DNA from: Octopus bimaculoides
Lineage: Eukaryota
Direction of reading: 5' to 3'
Assembly (NCBI RefSeq): GCF_001194135.2
Contig: NC_068996.1
Span: forward strand, 23,153,250 to 23,217,249
Length of the DNA stretch: 64,000 nt
Part shown: piece after piece, positions 39,431-51,470 of the stretch
Layout: each line of letters begins with the position of its first letter
Numbering within the stretch: the stretch's first letter is position 1
The notes under the pieces: generated by a model
What the model was told of the DNA's origin: nothing
Databases searched by the model: none
The model's input: the letters and a program-made list of their open reading frames with translations, nothing else
Translations under genes and position numbers: made by a program

Positions 39431-39715
39431 GGACAAAATGAGAAGTACAAACAACTAAAAGATAAGCTTTAGGCATTGCGAGCATTAACAAACAGGTTTG
39501 AGAAATTTGTTGGAGAAATTGAAATGACATGAGGGTAGAACATGCTCAGAAAACTGCTTTATTGGGGGTAATGAGGATTTTGAGATTGATACTTGGATGT
39601 TAAGTTTCAGGGAAAGAGACCCTTGACAACCGGCTGTTGTCCGCTCTTACAAAATTAGCCAGAGCAAGTAAAATCAAGAAGTGAAATGATAATAATAATA
39701 ATTATTATTATTATT
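39431..39715 (+). mobile_element. 3' end of an R4/Dong-like (RLE-type) non-LTR retrotransposon
   Basis: EKYKQLKD...MRVEHAQKTALLGVMRILRLILGC* resembles the QKxALLGTARILRxVL C-terminus; followed by a short UTR and (ATA)n tail. Confidence 0.65.
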
Positions 39716-40369
39716 AACGCTAATGAGATTAGCCTCTAACGTAGCCACTCATTTTGCTAAAAATAACCCTTAAATCTCTTTCGATATATCCCCTAGTGAC
39801 TTTAAAAAAAAGGTAAGAGAAAAAGAAGAAACATATTAGCTAATGAAGTTCTTGATGAACTGTTTTGGTCAAACGCCAGAAAACAATGTAGTATTGAATG
39901 GAACTGCATAAGGTTATAACTGGGCAAAGTGGCATATTTATACTTTTAAAATGAATTATATTCGTAATAGAGCTTATCTTTCTCGGGATTTCTTCAGATC
40001 CATTAACTAGTGATCATATGATGGAAAATCTTTAAAAATAAAAACTTATAAAATTATACAGTTGACGTTATAAGAATTTTAGCATGTAAATATTAGGTTA
40101 AAAAAAAAAACCTTGGACCGAACCCACATCCCCTGTAGACACGACAGGCGTTCAACCATTTGGTAGTCTTCGACTGGATATTTACATGCTATTATTTGTA
40201 ATTTTATGTGTGCTTCGAAATCCGCTGTTCCAAAAAAGAATTATAAAATTATAAACTATATTTTAAAAATAAATTACTTAAATGAATGCATAAGGTGTTA
40301 ATGACATTAAAGTTATACTCGAATCAATTTATGTAATATGTCGAAATGAATAAATATGCAATATTTCAG

Positions 40370-40560
40370 TTTCGAAGTGCTTAGCGGCATTTCGCCCATC
40401 ATTATTGTCTTAGTTCAAATTTCGCCGAGGTTGACTTTGCCTTTCATCCTTTCGGGGTCGATAAATTAAGTACCAGTGAAACACTGGATCGATGTAATCG
40501 ACTAGTCTCCTTCCCCCAAATTTCAGGCCTTGTGCCTTTAGTAGAAAGGATTATTATTTT
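40370..40560 (+). mobile_element. Meta-type SINE
   Basis: GACTTTGCCTTTCATCCTTTCGGGGTCGATAAATTAAGTACCAG. Confidence 0.8.
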
Positions 40561-41929
40561 TATTATTATCAATTTTTCGTAGCTGTAGGCAGTAGTTCAA
40601 TTTTCACAATATCTAAATTGAGTGTTATCAATTACCTCTCCTTAATATGGAATTATAAAATAGAGGTATATTAGTGAAAAAAAAAAAAAATTAAATGGAG
40701 GTTCCAGCCATCACATTTCAGTCTTTCATTTTCAAAATTACTGTGCCGCTTTTTCCTGTTCAGACAAGGGATAAGGTGGGAATTTTTGCTGCTTTTTCTA
40801 GCAGGTCTAGTAAATGTTATGACAGTACAAGCCGTCAGAGATATAGAGAGATGATGACAGGCACGGTGCTTTTCTTTCATAGTCTAATTTATCGGGATAT
40901 CAGAGCTGGCATGGGAAATACATAACAATTACTAATAAACATTTTCTAATTAACATTAGTTTACGGAAGTTCACGATCATGTATCTCACTTTGAAGAAGT
41001 ATTGATAATGATTGTCCAAGACCGGATCACTTCAAATATTTTATACACAACTACCCTACTAAAATAACCCATCAGAATGAATTAAACAGCTACCACAAAT
41101 TAATTAAATAATTCACTCCCGTCGGTGGATTTGTTTCTTTCATTGTCCTGAAGAAGAGTATATATTTTAGTTTGAAAAGACTTCAAATGACAACCGCAAC
41201 ACACACACACACACACACACATAATATCGGGAGAAAACTAATAGCCACTGAACTTGCTAGAAATAGCAGCAAAATGCTAAAGGTATTGATTTGATAACGG
41301 CGGCTTGAGGTACACTCTTCAGAAAAAGAAAGACAGTCTGAGACTGCGTTAATCATAGATCTGCTTAATCAGAGATTAAACAACATCAATTAAAAAATAT
41401 TACATTTAAAATAAAAATGTAGATTTTCGATTTGGCTAACTTAATTTTCTCTTTTCAATCTCATGATTTTTCTTTTTACATTAATCAAAATCTTTTTTCA
41501 CTGAAATATTTCTATTTTATGAGACATATATTACTACAGTTTATATATAACACTAGTTTTCTCTTCTTAATCAAACAACAACAACAACAAAAAGAAGAGC
41601 ACTCAGAAAGCGCAAACCTCCGCCTAGGCAACACCAATGTCCTCGATTTTTTATTGCTCACAAGGGGCTAAATATAGAGGTTACACATTACAAAGACGAT
41701 ACAAAACATATATTCGGGGAAATAAAAGTACAAAAGAAATCGAGCAAGAAAGAAAAAATAAAAAGAAACGAATGAAATTATGAAAATGATAAAAATGAGG
41801 CGCAATGCCCACTCGGCCCACGAAGTCGAGTGGTTACATTTAGACATTATTTTGAAGTTCTTTCCTCTTTTTCCCCTCTTTTTTTAAAAAAAACTAAAAA
41901 GTTCACATAATACAGTTTTATATTTAAGA

Positions 41930-42075
41930 GATGAGGAATACAATTATTATTTACATTATTTACATTTGACGGATATGTCCTCATCTTGTTTGTTGTTAAC
42001 ACAACGTTTCGGGTGATATACCCTCCAACCTTCATCAGGTGTCTTGGGAAAATTTAGAACCTGGGTTCCCATTCT
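41930..42075 (-). mobile_element. Penelope-like terminal fragment with minimal hammerhead (41998-42043)
   Basis: Minus strand GACAC-CTGATGA-AGGTTG...CACCC-GAAACGTT^GTGTT; palindromic helix III AACGTT. Confidence 0.55.
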
Positions 42076-42411
42076 TATATTTTGATCTTTTCAGAATATT
42101 TTTGTGAATTCGTGTTGATTTTTGTGGTTTTTGTCACTGTTAACAATTATCTTTATAAAAAAAAATTTAATGTCTTATATAGATGTAATTTTTGATGCTG
42201 AATCCGAATTTGTTATTCTTATATTCCAGAAAAATTTTGTAAAAATGTTACAGGTGTTCAAAGTTTGATAATTTTCAAAATTTTCAGCCATTCAGAAAAC
42301 AGCACGTTTGCTGCCTCTTCCCCTTATCTCGATCGATATCTGTCTTGTGGCTAATGAAAATATTACCCCAATTTTTTTGTCACAGAGGTCTAGGCCCAAA
42401 GAGAAATAATA

Positions 42412-43230
42412 ATGTCTTCAAGAAAGTACTTAAGCGGATACCAGAAATGCCAACTGAAGGAAAAGCAATCTAAAGAAATTTCTAAATGTCAAAAACTATC
42501 AAACTATTTTACAGTGTCAAGTAAAAGTTTGTCATTACCTGCAACTGAAACAAACCGTGCAAGCACCAGTGAAGTTAATGATAGTGCACAAAGCATGAGT
42601 GCTCTGTTCAGCAATAATCAATATACTGTTGACACTTTTGGTGCAGATGATGATCATATTGGTCAAAAACTTCAAGGAAAGAGAAAGCAGGAACAGGGGA
42701 AAAGGAGGTACTACTAAAGCAGCGCGGACCCGAACGCGCAGTCGCGCTTGCTAGTCTTGAGTGGTCGATCCTAACCCTATCCCTAACCCTAACCCTAACC
42801 CTGTCCCTAACCCTATCCCTAACCCTAACCCGTGTGTGCAAATGAATACGTGTTTAGGGTTAGGGTTAGGAATAGGGTTAGGGTTAGGATCGACCACTCA
42901 CAACTAGCTAGCGCGGACGCGCGACTGCGCGTTCGGGTCCGCGCTGCTTTAGTAGTACAGGAAAAGGAAGCAAATTCAGTGATTTCGAAGAATATGGTGA
43001 CCTGGCAAACTGGCCCATAACAATTGATAATGGTTTCATACAAAACTGTTTAATGCAAGACATCAGTTTTTTTTCAAAATAAAAAACCAGATAATGTATA
43101 TACTGAATCCAACAAGATTTACAAAGAGCAAAATTGAAAATTCTCAAACAAGTACTTTGAAAAATGGTCAAACTGTGATGAGATCTACTACATCCCTCTT
43201 CTCGAATTTTCTGGCCTTGTACTTCAATTA
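42412..43230 (+). mobile_element. hAT transposase N-terminal remnant (ZMYM1/TTF-zinc-finger type), interrupted by a MITE
   Basis: MSSRKYLSGYQK start. After the MITE: YGDLANWPITID, KFSNKYF and LKNGQTVMRS, resembling DPxxWP/FSxxYF/NGExxxRxWL. Frameshifts and stops present. Confidence 0.6.
42707..42959. mobile_element. MULE-like foldback MITE with telomeric-repeat arms, copy 1
   Basis: Long TIR GGTACTACTAAAGCAGCGCGGACCCGAACGCGCAGTCGCG. 9-bp TSD GGAAAAGGA at 42698-42706 and 42960-42968. About 10 CCCTAA-type and 6 TTAGGG-type units. Confidence 0.85.
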
Positions 43231-43888
43231 GAAACAATTATTTATAGTATTAATATTACCATATTTTTCTGACAAGACACATCAAGCTAAGTGATGTCGT
43301 AGTCATGGCCAATGTTGGTGAAACATAAAAGGCATTCGTGCAAGTGACACGTAAAAGGCACCCAATACACTCTATGGAGTTAGGAAAGGCATCCAGCCGT
43401 AGAAACAAAGTAAAAACACACTGGAGCCTGGTGCAGCTTTCCAGTTCCAGTCGAACCGTCTAACCCGTACCAGCATGGAAAAGGAGCGTTAAATGATGAT
43501 GATGAGCCTTTGGATTCACTTGAACTACTTCCTGACAATAACATCTGTTAATTCCTCTCCGGGGAGTCATATAAGTGTGTTAGGTCGCGCAGAGAGAGAA
43601 AAATTATTTTAAAGATTTTTAATACTAGTATATAGAGAAGAAATAGCTAACAAGAGGTGTCAACAACTGTCTCGAGCATCTAGAGAGTACTTAAGCAAGC
43701 TGAGATAACTCTTATTCGAAGTATTAGATTTCCTACAGAATTATGTCAAGTGATTAAGGTCACGTCTTAGTTTTTGAAGTTACGAAGAATTAATGTAGAT
43801 AACAGCTATGAAAGGCCTCGTCAAACATTGTTTTTATTCACATTCAGCTCTATTCCTTTAATCTCCTTAGCTGCCCGTATCCCTGCTT

Positions 43889-43946
<58 letters not shown>

Positions 43947-44438
43947 TATGCACTCGCAGACTACATCACTAGTTTAGCATTTCAGAGAGAATGAGTGTGT
44001 CAATTTAGCTGAGAAATCGATGAGCAAGATATACGTACGAGGGAACCTCACATACCTCAAATCAAACACTACTGTCTTAAAAGAAGTTAAAACGAACATG
44101 GATAATGTAATCCTGGATGCACATTACCCATGAAAAAGAAAGGTGACATGGACATGTCTGGAACTCCTTCGATCATAAACAATTACCGGGAAAAAAACTT
44201 GTTGCTTAGTTTAAATTTTAAACATCATTCTATGAATGATGTCTAGTCACAACTTGGCTTCCAGTGTCTTAAGTTTATTGACGCCTCAGAGTCAGAAATG
44301 TGGGACTGGCACGACTCTTGTTCTGCGAGACTGAAACAGCACACATCTAATTCTGTAGCACTTTATTATTATTATTTCTTTCTATTTTGAAACTTTGTCA
44401 AAGGAATTTATAAATCTACACACACACACAAATGTATA

Positions 44439-44505
<67 letters not shown>

Positions 44506-44507
44506 CC

Positions 44508-44955
44508 ATTATTATTTCTAAATCTCACAGAGATATTCAGTAACAGTTCTTTAAAGTAAAGACTATTTGCCAACATATTGTGGCTGTCCTGGAAGGTACG
44601 ATTGTTACTGTTGTTTAGCCCCAGGAAACATCGTTTCCAGCTGGCTAGACGACACAGTATCTGTGTCCTTATATTTTCGAATAGGGAGTCCAGCACCCCC
44701 ATCCAGTACAAAGCAACATGTGAACCGGTTGCTAGGTGGCGCTGCTGAATTCCCGTTTGAAAATATATAGTTTTCAGAATGACACACAATTACTGATCTA
44801 ATAATAGAAATATTATTATTTCTAAATCTCTCAAAGAGGGATATTCAGTAACAATTCTTTAGAGTAAAGACTATTTGCCAACATAATGTGGCTGTCCTGG
44901 AAGGTACGATTGTTATCGTTGTTTAGTCCCAGGAAAAATCGTTTCCAGCTGGCTA
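44508..44955. repeat. ~140-bp direct repeats around a ~160-bp unique spacer
   Basis: 44508-44647 and 44812-44955 are highly similar (GACTATTTGCCAACATA...GTCCTGGAAGGTACGATTG...GTTTCCAGCTGGCTA). Confidence 0.85.
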
Positions 44956-45278
44956 TATATATATATATATATATATATATCGCGCACACCATCACTTGTA
45001 GTTACGATCGCCGATTCACAAGTACTCGTAGACGGAATTGCAGATTTCTTTTTTAAAAACAAGTCTTGAGTTGTTTGCTTAGAAGAAGCATTTTTTCGCT
45101 TTCCATAAATTTCTCGATAACACGCAGAAGCATTTGTTATGGTAGCAGAAACTTTTGCAGTTCGTTCAAAATTTAAATATTGTGCTTGAAAATTTTCAGC
45201 TCACCATACATGAGCGAGCTGAAAATGAAACTCGTAAACCTGGGGTCTCGTAAAGCGGGTCCTCGTAAAGTGAGATGT

Positions 45279-45309
<31 letters not shown>

Positions 45310-46302
45310 AGTGTGTACACATGTACGCACACACCCACACATATATATCTTAAGATTACTTCCCTTCCTCAAGTGGAACTAGTTTTAATTGTCATTTGGT
45401 AATCATGATGCGTTATTTAGAGAAAGAGAAAATCTTAATAAATCAAGAATTCATATCTTAAGGTGTTTGGCATTCTTGAATTTGTGCAGATTGTTTAAAT
45501 ACATGCTAGTAGCCACTCACGGTTATTTCTCTTAGCTAATTTTTGTTTAAATAATACAAATTACCCAGGTTATAAATATGTTCTCTAGGCAATTATTGTG
45601 CAGAACCACGACTACCTTCTTATCTCCAGGCAATTAGCATGTTCTTTTCCTTAATGGCAGCTTAACTTTGGAGGATTTTTGAATCTTGATATCCTAGTCC
45701 CTCCTCAAGTGGGGCTGGTCATAATTGCCGTTTGGTAATTATGATGCATCATCGAAAGGCATAGATAATTGTCTTAAATCAAGAACTTACGTTGCAAGGT
45801 ATTTGATATCCCAGCATTCGTTTCTCTTTCTATATATACATATAAACGTGCGCGTGCGTGTGTGTTATGGGTGCCACGGATCTGCTACCACAGTGGCAAC
45901 GAAGTATATATGCAACTAACTACACAATCTTCCAGTGTTATTCCTGAATTATTTCGAACGGTGTTTAACGTTATTTTAATCATTCATCCTAAAATTCCAT
46001 AGATCTAGCAGGCACGTGAATAACCATGATTCTCTGATGAGGTCTAATGACATTGAAATATGTCCACAGTTGTCACCCCTGTTGTCTATAATATACTATA
46101 TTATTCTGTCTCACAGCACTACATATTTCCTATATTTAATTAAGTAGGATGTCTGGTGCAGCAATTCATTTCTGGAAATGTTTGCTAGTTTTTGTTTATA
46201 TTTTTTGGGTTATCTCCCTTAACTAGGTTAACTTCAATGGACCGATGCCCAACGGTGCTGCTTCATCTCGATTCAAGTAGACTTCATTAAAATTATCATG
46301 TT

Positions 46303-46860
46303 CACCGGTTAAGAAGCTCTCTTTGTAACCATTTGGTCTCAGGTTCAGTCCCCACTGTGTTGCACCTTGGGCAAGTGTCTTCAACTATACCCCAGGCCGA
46401 CCAACATCTTGTGGTTAGTGAATTAGGTTGGCAGAAACTGTGTGGAAGGACAAGGCATATATAGATGTCTTTGTGTTTGTTTCCTCAGCTTCATCGCTTG
46501 ACAACCAGTGTTGGTTCGTTTACTTCCCTGTAATTTAGCGGTTCGTCGAAAAGGTATGAATAGAACAAGTGGGTACTACTAAAGAAGCACGGTCCCGAAC
46601 GCGCAGTCGCGCGTCCGCGCTAGCTAGTCTTGACTGGTCGATCCTAACCCTAACCCGCGTGTGCAAATGAATGTGTTTAGGGTTATGGTTAGGATCGACC
46701 ACTCACGACTAGCTAGTGCGGACGCGCAACTGCGCGTTCGGGACCGTGCTGCTTTAGTAGTACCGAACAAGTGTTACACTTTAAAATTAATGGGGCGATT
46801 TATTAGACTACACCCTTCAAAGTAGTGCCCCAGCATGGCCGCAATCCTATGACTGAAAGA
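46303..46860 (+). mobile_element. Diverged CORE-type SINE hosting a MITE
   Basis: Core GCACCTTGGGCAAGTGTCTTC; the 3' half is split at the GAATAGAACAAGTG site. Confidence 0.75.
46572..46764. mobile_element. MULE-like foldback MITE with telomeric-repeat arms, copy 2
   Basis: GGTACTACTAAAG...CTTTAGTAGTACC. 9-bp TSD GAACAAGTG at 46563-46571 and 46765-46773. Only 2-3 telomeric units per arm. Confidence 0.85.
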
Positions 46861-47471
46861 AAAAGACGAAAGCATGTCAACATTTATTCCACTTACACAC
46901 TGCTATCGTTACTTCTATCACCGCCATCATTCACCATGGTTGTTGTCGTGTCCGATCAGTCCTGATCCAGCAAACCTGGATTTAAAGCTATTCCACTTGT
47001 AACCATTTCATTTTTTTCTTCTTTTCATTTCTTCTTCGGTATAGTAACGTCTACACTACATTATGCAGTGTCCTTTTTTTTTTTTTTTTTCCTTTTAAAG
47101 AGATGTGATCTGATGGAAATTTGGCTGCTACTTTTTTAACAGATCCAAGGACTGACTGCATACAGACAGACATCCTCTGTGTGTGCGCGCGCGCGTGTAA
47201 AAATCGAGAAATTCTATGGGATGTTAATGTCATCTCAAATGATGACATAATTGAAAGTAAACGTTTTAAAAAGAAACGGTCTATCTTCATCGATTGTATA
47301 AGAGATAGTCATCTTTTAGGATCTTTTATCGTCTAAATCATCTTTATACAACATCAAAAAGCTTGCTTACTCATCATCGCCAATTGTATTGTCATATATA
47401 GAATGCATATATGCGTGCATATTATAGCATGTGTAATAAACAGACACATACACGTACAATAATGCACAAAC

Positions 47472-47503
<32 letters not shown>

Positions 47504-48184
47504 ATATATATATATATCGTAGTATAAAATAATAATAATGGAGTGGAGGTGAAATATATATACTATATATTTCATACTTGCGCTTATGTTATAATGAGAT
47601 ATATGAGGCCTTACATCATTTGTCTCCTTATGTTAAAAAATCATAACCTATCTACTGGTTCAGTTCCTTAGAGATCGATAAAAATAAGTACCTGGCTGAA
47701 ATAATTACTACAATCGATATAATTGATTGAAGTATGCCCTGGTATGACCGAAGTGGAACGATTGAGAATGACTTAGTAGAAGACTATATATATATATATA
47801 TATATATAATATTGTATTATTATGAGAAATTATGTAGTACTGTCTAAGAGACAGAAAATAAGAGGCGTTGAATATAAAGCATAATGATTGATTGATTGCT
47901 CATTAGATATGTACTAAGCTAACTATGTATGTCTGTGGCGAAGCTAAGAACATATATAATGAGTTATAAAATACGTATAGACAGAAAGTGGAAAGCATTG
48001 GCTATGTAGATCTTTCTTTTATTTGCTTATAGTCAAACAAGTCGACCCCCCCCCAGCACTTGCATTTTAAGCTTGGTACTTATTCTATCGAACTGTTCTG
48101 CCGAACCACTAAGTTAAGGGGATGTAAACAAACCAACACCGGTTGTCAAGCTGTGGTGAGGACAAACACTTAAGGCCTATATAT

Positions 48185-48513
48185 ATTATACAATCGCGCG
48201 CACACAGGTACCGTTTGAAAGTTGTGGGGTCTTTTTCTACTTTAATTTGTTTGGGGATAACACTGAAAAGTGCAGGACCATTTGCAGTGAAGAAATTGTG
48301 TTGCAATGTGATGTGATCTCGACCTTTGTAGGGGACGCATTGCACGGGGGATTGCATTCGATGAATTGTAAACATAATCCCGATATCATTTGGATAATAT
48401 TGGTGGAATATTTTCCAATTGTTGGAACTAATGTATCGCTCACAGCGGCGTTGCAGAGGATAGAACTTCAGCTGTTTAAGTCGAGTCCAGTAATCAAGTC
48501 TCATCATGCCATT
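48185..48513 (-). mobile_element. CR1-clade LINE C-terminal fragment
   Basis: LDYWTRLKQLKFYPLQRRCERY...WKI...NFFTANGPALFSVIPKQIK...FKRYL. Confidence 0.8.
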
Positions 48514-49045
48514 TATTTTGTTTTGTTTTTTTTTTTGTGATTTTATAATAGGAGGCAAAGTTCACGATATCGGATGAATATCGCCTTCTCCCATTAAAAT
48601 TGTTCTTTGTGTTGTTTCAGGCTCCAGCAAGCGAGGAAATAAGTCTCAAGAGGAAATGCAAATTCACAACCAGTTTTATTTACATAGTTACACAGAATAA
48701 ATTATGTGTGTCGCTCTCAGTATACCATCTCAAGCTGTGTACGTTTCGTTGTATATCCGTTAACGCGAGCCCATTACCTCTGGAGATACGACTTACAGAC
48801 AGGACTAGCCTGGAGACCCAACCAGTGAATATGTGTGTTCAGCAAGCGCTTGCGGTGAAGGAGATACTGTCTCACGTGACTTTATTAGAAGGTTGCGATT
48901 GATTGGGTTGCATATTGGCGCGCAATAGGACAAGAGACAAGTTGCGCCAATACCAACCAATCAGATTAGTGAACACAACAGGGTCCAAAAGGGCGGCCGA
49001 AAGCTAGCTGTTATCCACTACGTCCGTATTTATGTATATATAACA
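48514..49045. other. Unclassified ~530-bp insertion splitting the CR1, with promoter-like motifs
   Basis: Lies between two CR1 pieces expected to be adjacent. Contains several CCAAT/ATTGG, GGGCGG, CACGTG and a CGATAT/ATATCG hairpin. Confidence 0.5.
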
Positions 49046-49059
49046 GAGAGAGAGAGAGA

Positions 49060-50082
49060 GGATGACACGCTGTAGATCTGTGTTGCGCTTCGATCTTCAT
49101 TATGTCTTGTTTTTTGTTGTTGTTGTTTTGTTTTTGTTTGTAGGGGGGGGGCACAATGGGCAACAGTATTGGAGGTAGGGCCTAGCGAATAAGGAGAAGA
49201 GAGGGATGATGGTTTCATGATCCTAGATTGGAAAGTTCTGAGGATCCATGAGCACATTCTGCGGGCAACATCGACTTTTTTGTTGATGTGCACACTCCAA
49301 CTAAGGTTGCTGTCGACAGTCACACCTAGGTCTCTGATTTTATCCGACGGTTCAAGGTCTCCCGACGGTAGCGTGTGTAATTGTTTGAGTGTGCCCTCTT
49401 CCAAAGTGGATGAGCTCAAATTTTTCTTCGTTCAACTGCATGTTATTTGTGTGTGTGTGTGTGTGTGTTCCACTGGGTTACTGCGCATAGGTCCGATTGA
49501 AGCAGAAGCATTGTTTGATCATATGCTTCCTTAATGACTTTCTGGAGCTTAGAGTTATCAGCAAATATTTTTATGGTGCTTTGCTCAATGGAATCTGTAA
49601 TGTCATTGATATAGACAATAAAAAGAAGTGGACCCAGCACGGTACCCTGCGGGACTCCGCTGATGACTTTTGCTGGTCTTGAGTAGATGCCATCAACCAC
49701 AACATGCTGGGTCCTGTTTGTTAGGAAATACCCAATCCATTGCAGTAGCTTTCGACCGATTCTAGTGTTGGATAGTTTCTTTAACAGTATATGGTGGCCG
49801 ACTCTATCAAAGGCCTTGCTGAAATCAAGGTATATGACATCAGAATTGGAGCCCTCACTTAGTGCATTTAAGATGTCATAAAAGTGGTGGGGGAGTTGTG
49901 TTAGACAGTCCCTCCCACCACAAAAGCCATGCTGGTTGTAATTTAGATTATTTTGTTCTAGGAAGGCTGTTATTCTTGATCTCAACACGCTCAAATACTT
50001 TGACGATATGAGTTGAGTGAGATTGGATGATAGTTTACAGGGAGCGATTTATTCCCCCTTTTAAAGATAGGAACGACTGACA
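49060..50082 (-). mobile_element. CR1-clade LINE reverse transcriptase pseudogene
   Basis: VPIFK, YHPISL, QHGF, YLDFSKAFDRV, SGVPQGTVLGPLLF, FADNSKL (decayed YADD), IRDLGVTVDSNLSWSVHI. Confidence 0.92.
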
Positions 50083-51009
50083 AGGAGAGGTTTTGATGGA
50101 TAATATTATATATATATATATATTGTATACAACTGGGGAAGTTATTCACAGGCACCATCCACGAGAAAAAACAATAGTTGAGTTAGTGATAATATATCTA
50201 ATGTAAATAAATATGCAAAAAGAAAGAAAAAAAAAGCAAAATGCTCACTGTTCTAATTATCTCAACGCTAACTCAATCTTTGTAGAGGATGCAACTGCAA
50301 AGGAAATACTCGTTGACGCCTTCTACTTAAAAAACAACTAGTCAAGTCACCGCTCCCATTGTTTTGATGCGCCATTTTCTATCATTAACAAAACGGTCGG
50401 CATTTTTGACAGCACGGATTTGCTAGTTATGAACCAAGAAATTTAATTCACAAGTTAAAATTATACTGAAGGTGGGGGGTGGGATCCGTTTATTTTCAGA
50501 ATTCGTCGAGGCGATTCCTCAAAACTTGTAAGAGTCTGTGTATGTGTGTGCGTTTGTCTTACGTCATATTTTTAGTAAAAATCTTAGGTCTCTTCCAACA
50601 ATAAAATCACTTCTAATCAGTTAATCACACACAAGTTTGCGATCAAATAAATTATAATATAAATTGCCGCACCTATTATTGTTCAAAGGAGAAAAGGTTT
50701 AGCTTTATTGGTACTCTGTGAACTTACAACTGGTGCCAATAGACCTGGTCTAGCAGTCACACATAAATGTAAACAAATTTTATGTAAAACACTCCTGCAC
50801 ACATATACACACGCGCGCGCGCACATAGAAAGTAATAATAAAGTAAATTTATTGTTGCAGTTTATTTAGATCCTTCGTAGGTCAATTTACAAGAGACAAA
50901 CATTCGGGTGGTACAAATGAGAATGGCCTACTTCACGACAGGCACTAGTATGTCTGAATGGGCAGTGTTGTTTGTATGCAGTGAGTATAATACATTTTAT
51001 ACATAGATA

Positions 51010-51470
51010 TAGTATCGAACTTCTTATCCGGCTTCCAGAATTTCCAGAAAAAAAAAAACGCAATAACGAGAAATATACTGAAGTTAGTTAATATACATCC
51101 GGTGTGTCAAAAAAAAAAATTGTTTTACTCTCTTGAGTAGGTAAAGATTAAACGTACACTGCTTTAGAATTGCATTAATTTGTATCTATTAAGTAAAGTA
51201 TGTTTTTATTTTTACTTTCCTTCGTTCAATTTTCATCCCATAAATATACTGTATACATGATACATTAAGGTTTATTTAAGAAATTTTCAGTATTTCAATA
51301 AATATCAAACAGACCCTGCTTTTGGAAGTATATTAAATTCTATCTGTTAAATGCAATTTAGTTCTTGACTTTTCATATTTTATTCTATATCTTAAATATA
51401 TGTATTTAGACTGTCTCCAGAAATCCGGGACACTTCCGGTACCATGCTTGCCGGATAAGTAGTCCGGTAT
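51010..51470. mobile_element. Degenerate pogo/Tigger-like MITE
   Basis: Imperfect TIRs TATCGAACTTCTTATCCGGC / GCCGGATAAGTAGTCCGGTA in a TA context. Confidence 0.4.

Noticed and set aside
41140-41195. Hammerhead-like TTGTC-CTGAAGA...GAAA...GACAA
   Set aside because: Helix II and helix III do not pair and there is no proper NUH site.
42770-42888. Interstitial telomere or chromosome-fusion scar
   Set aside because: Orientation is CCCTAA then TTAGGG (a fusion gives the opposite), and the arrays lie within TSD-bounded TIRs.
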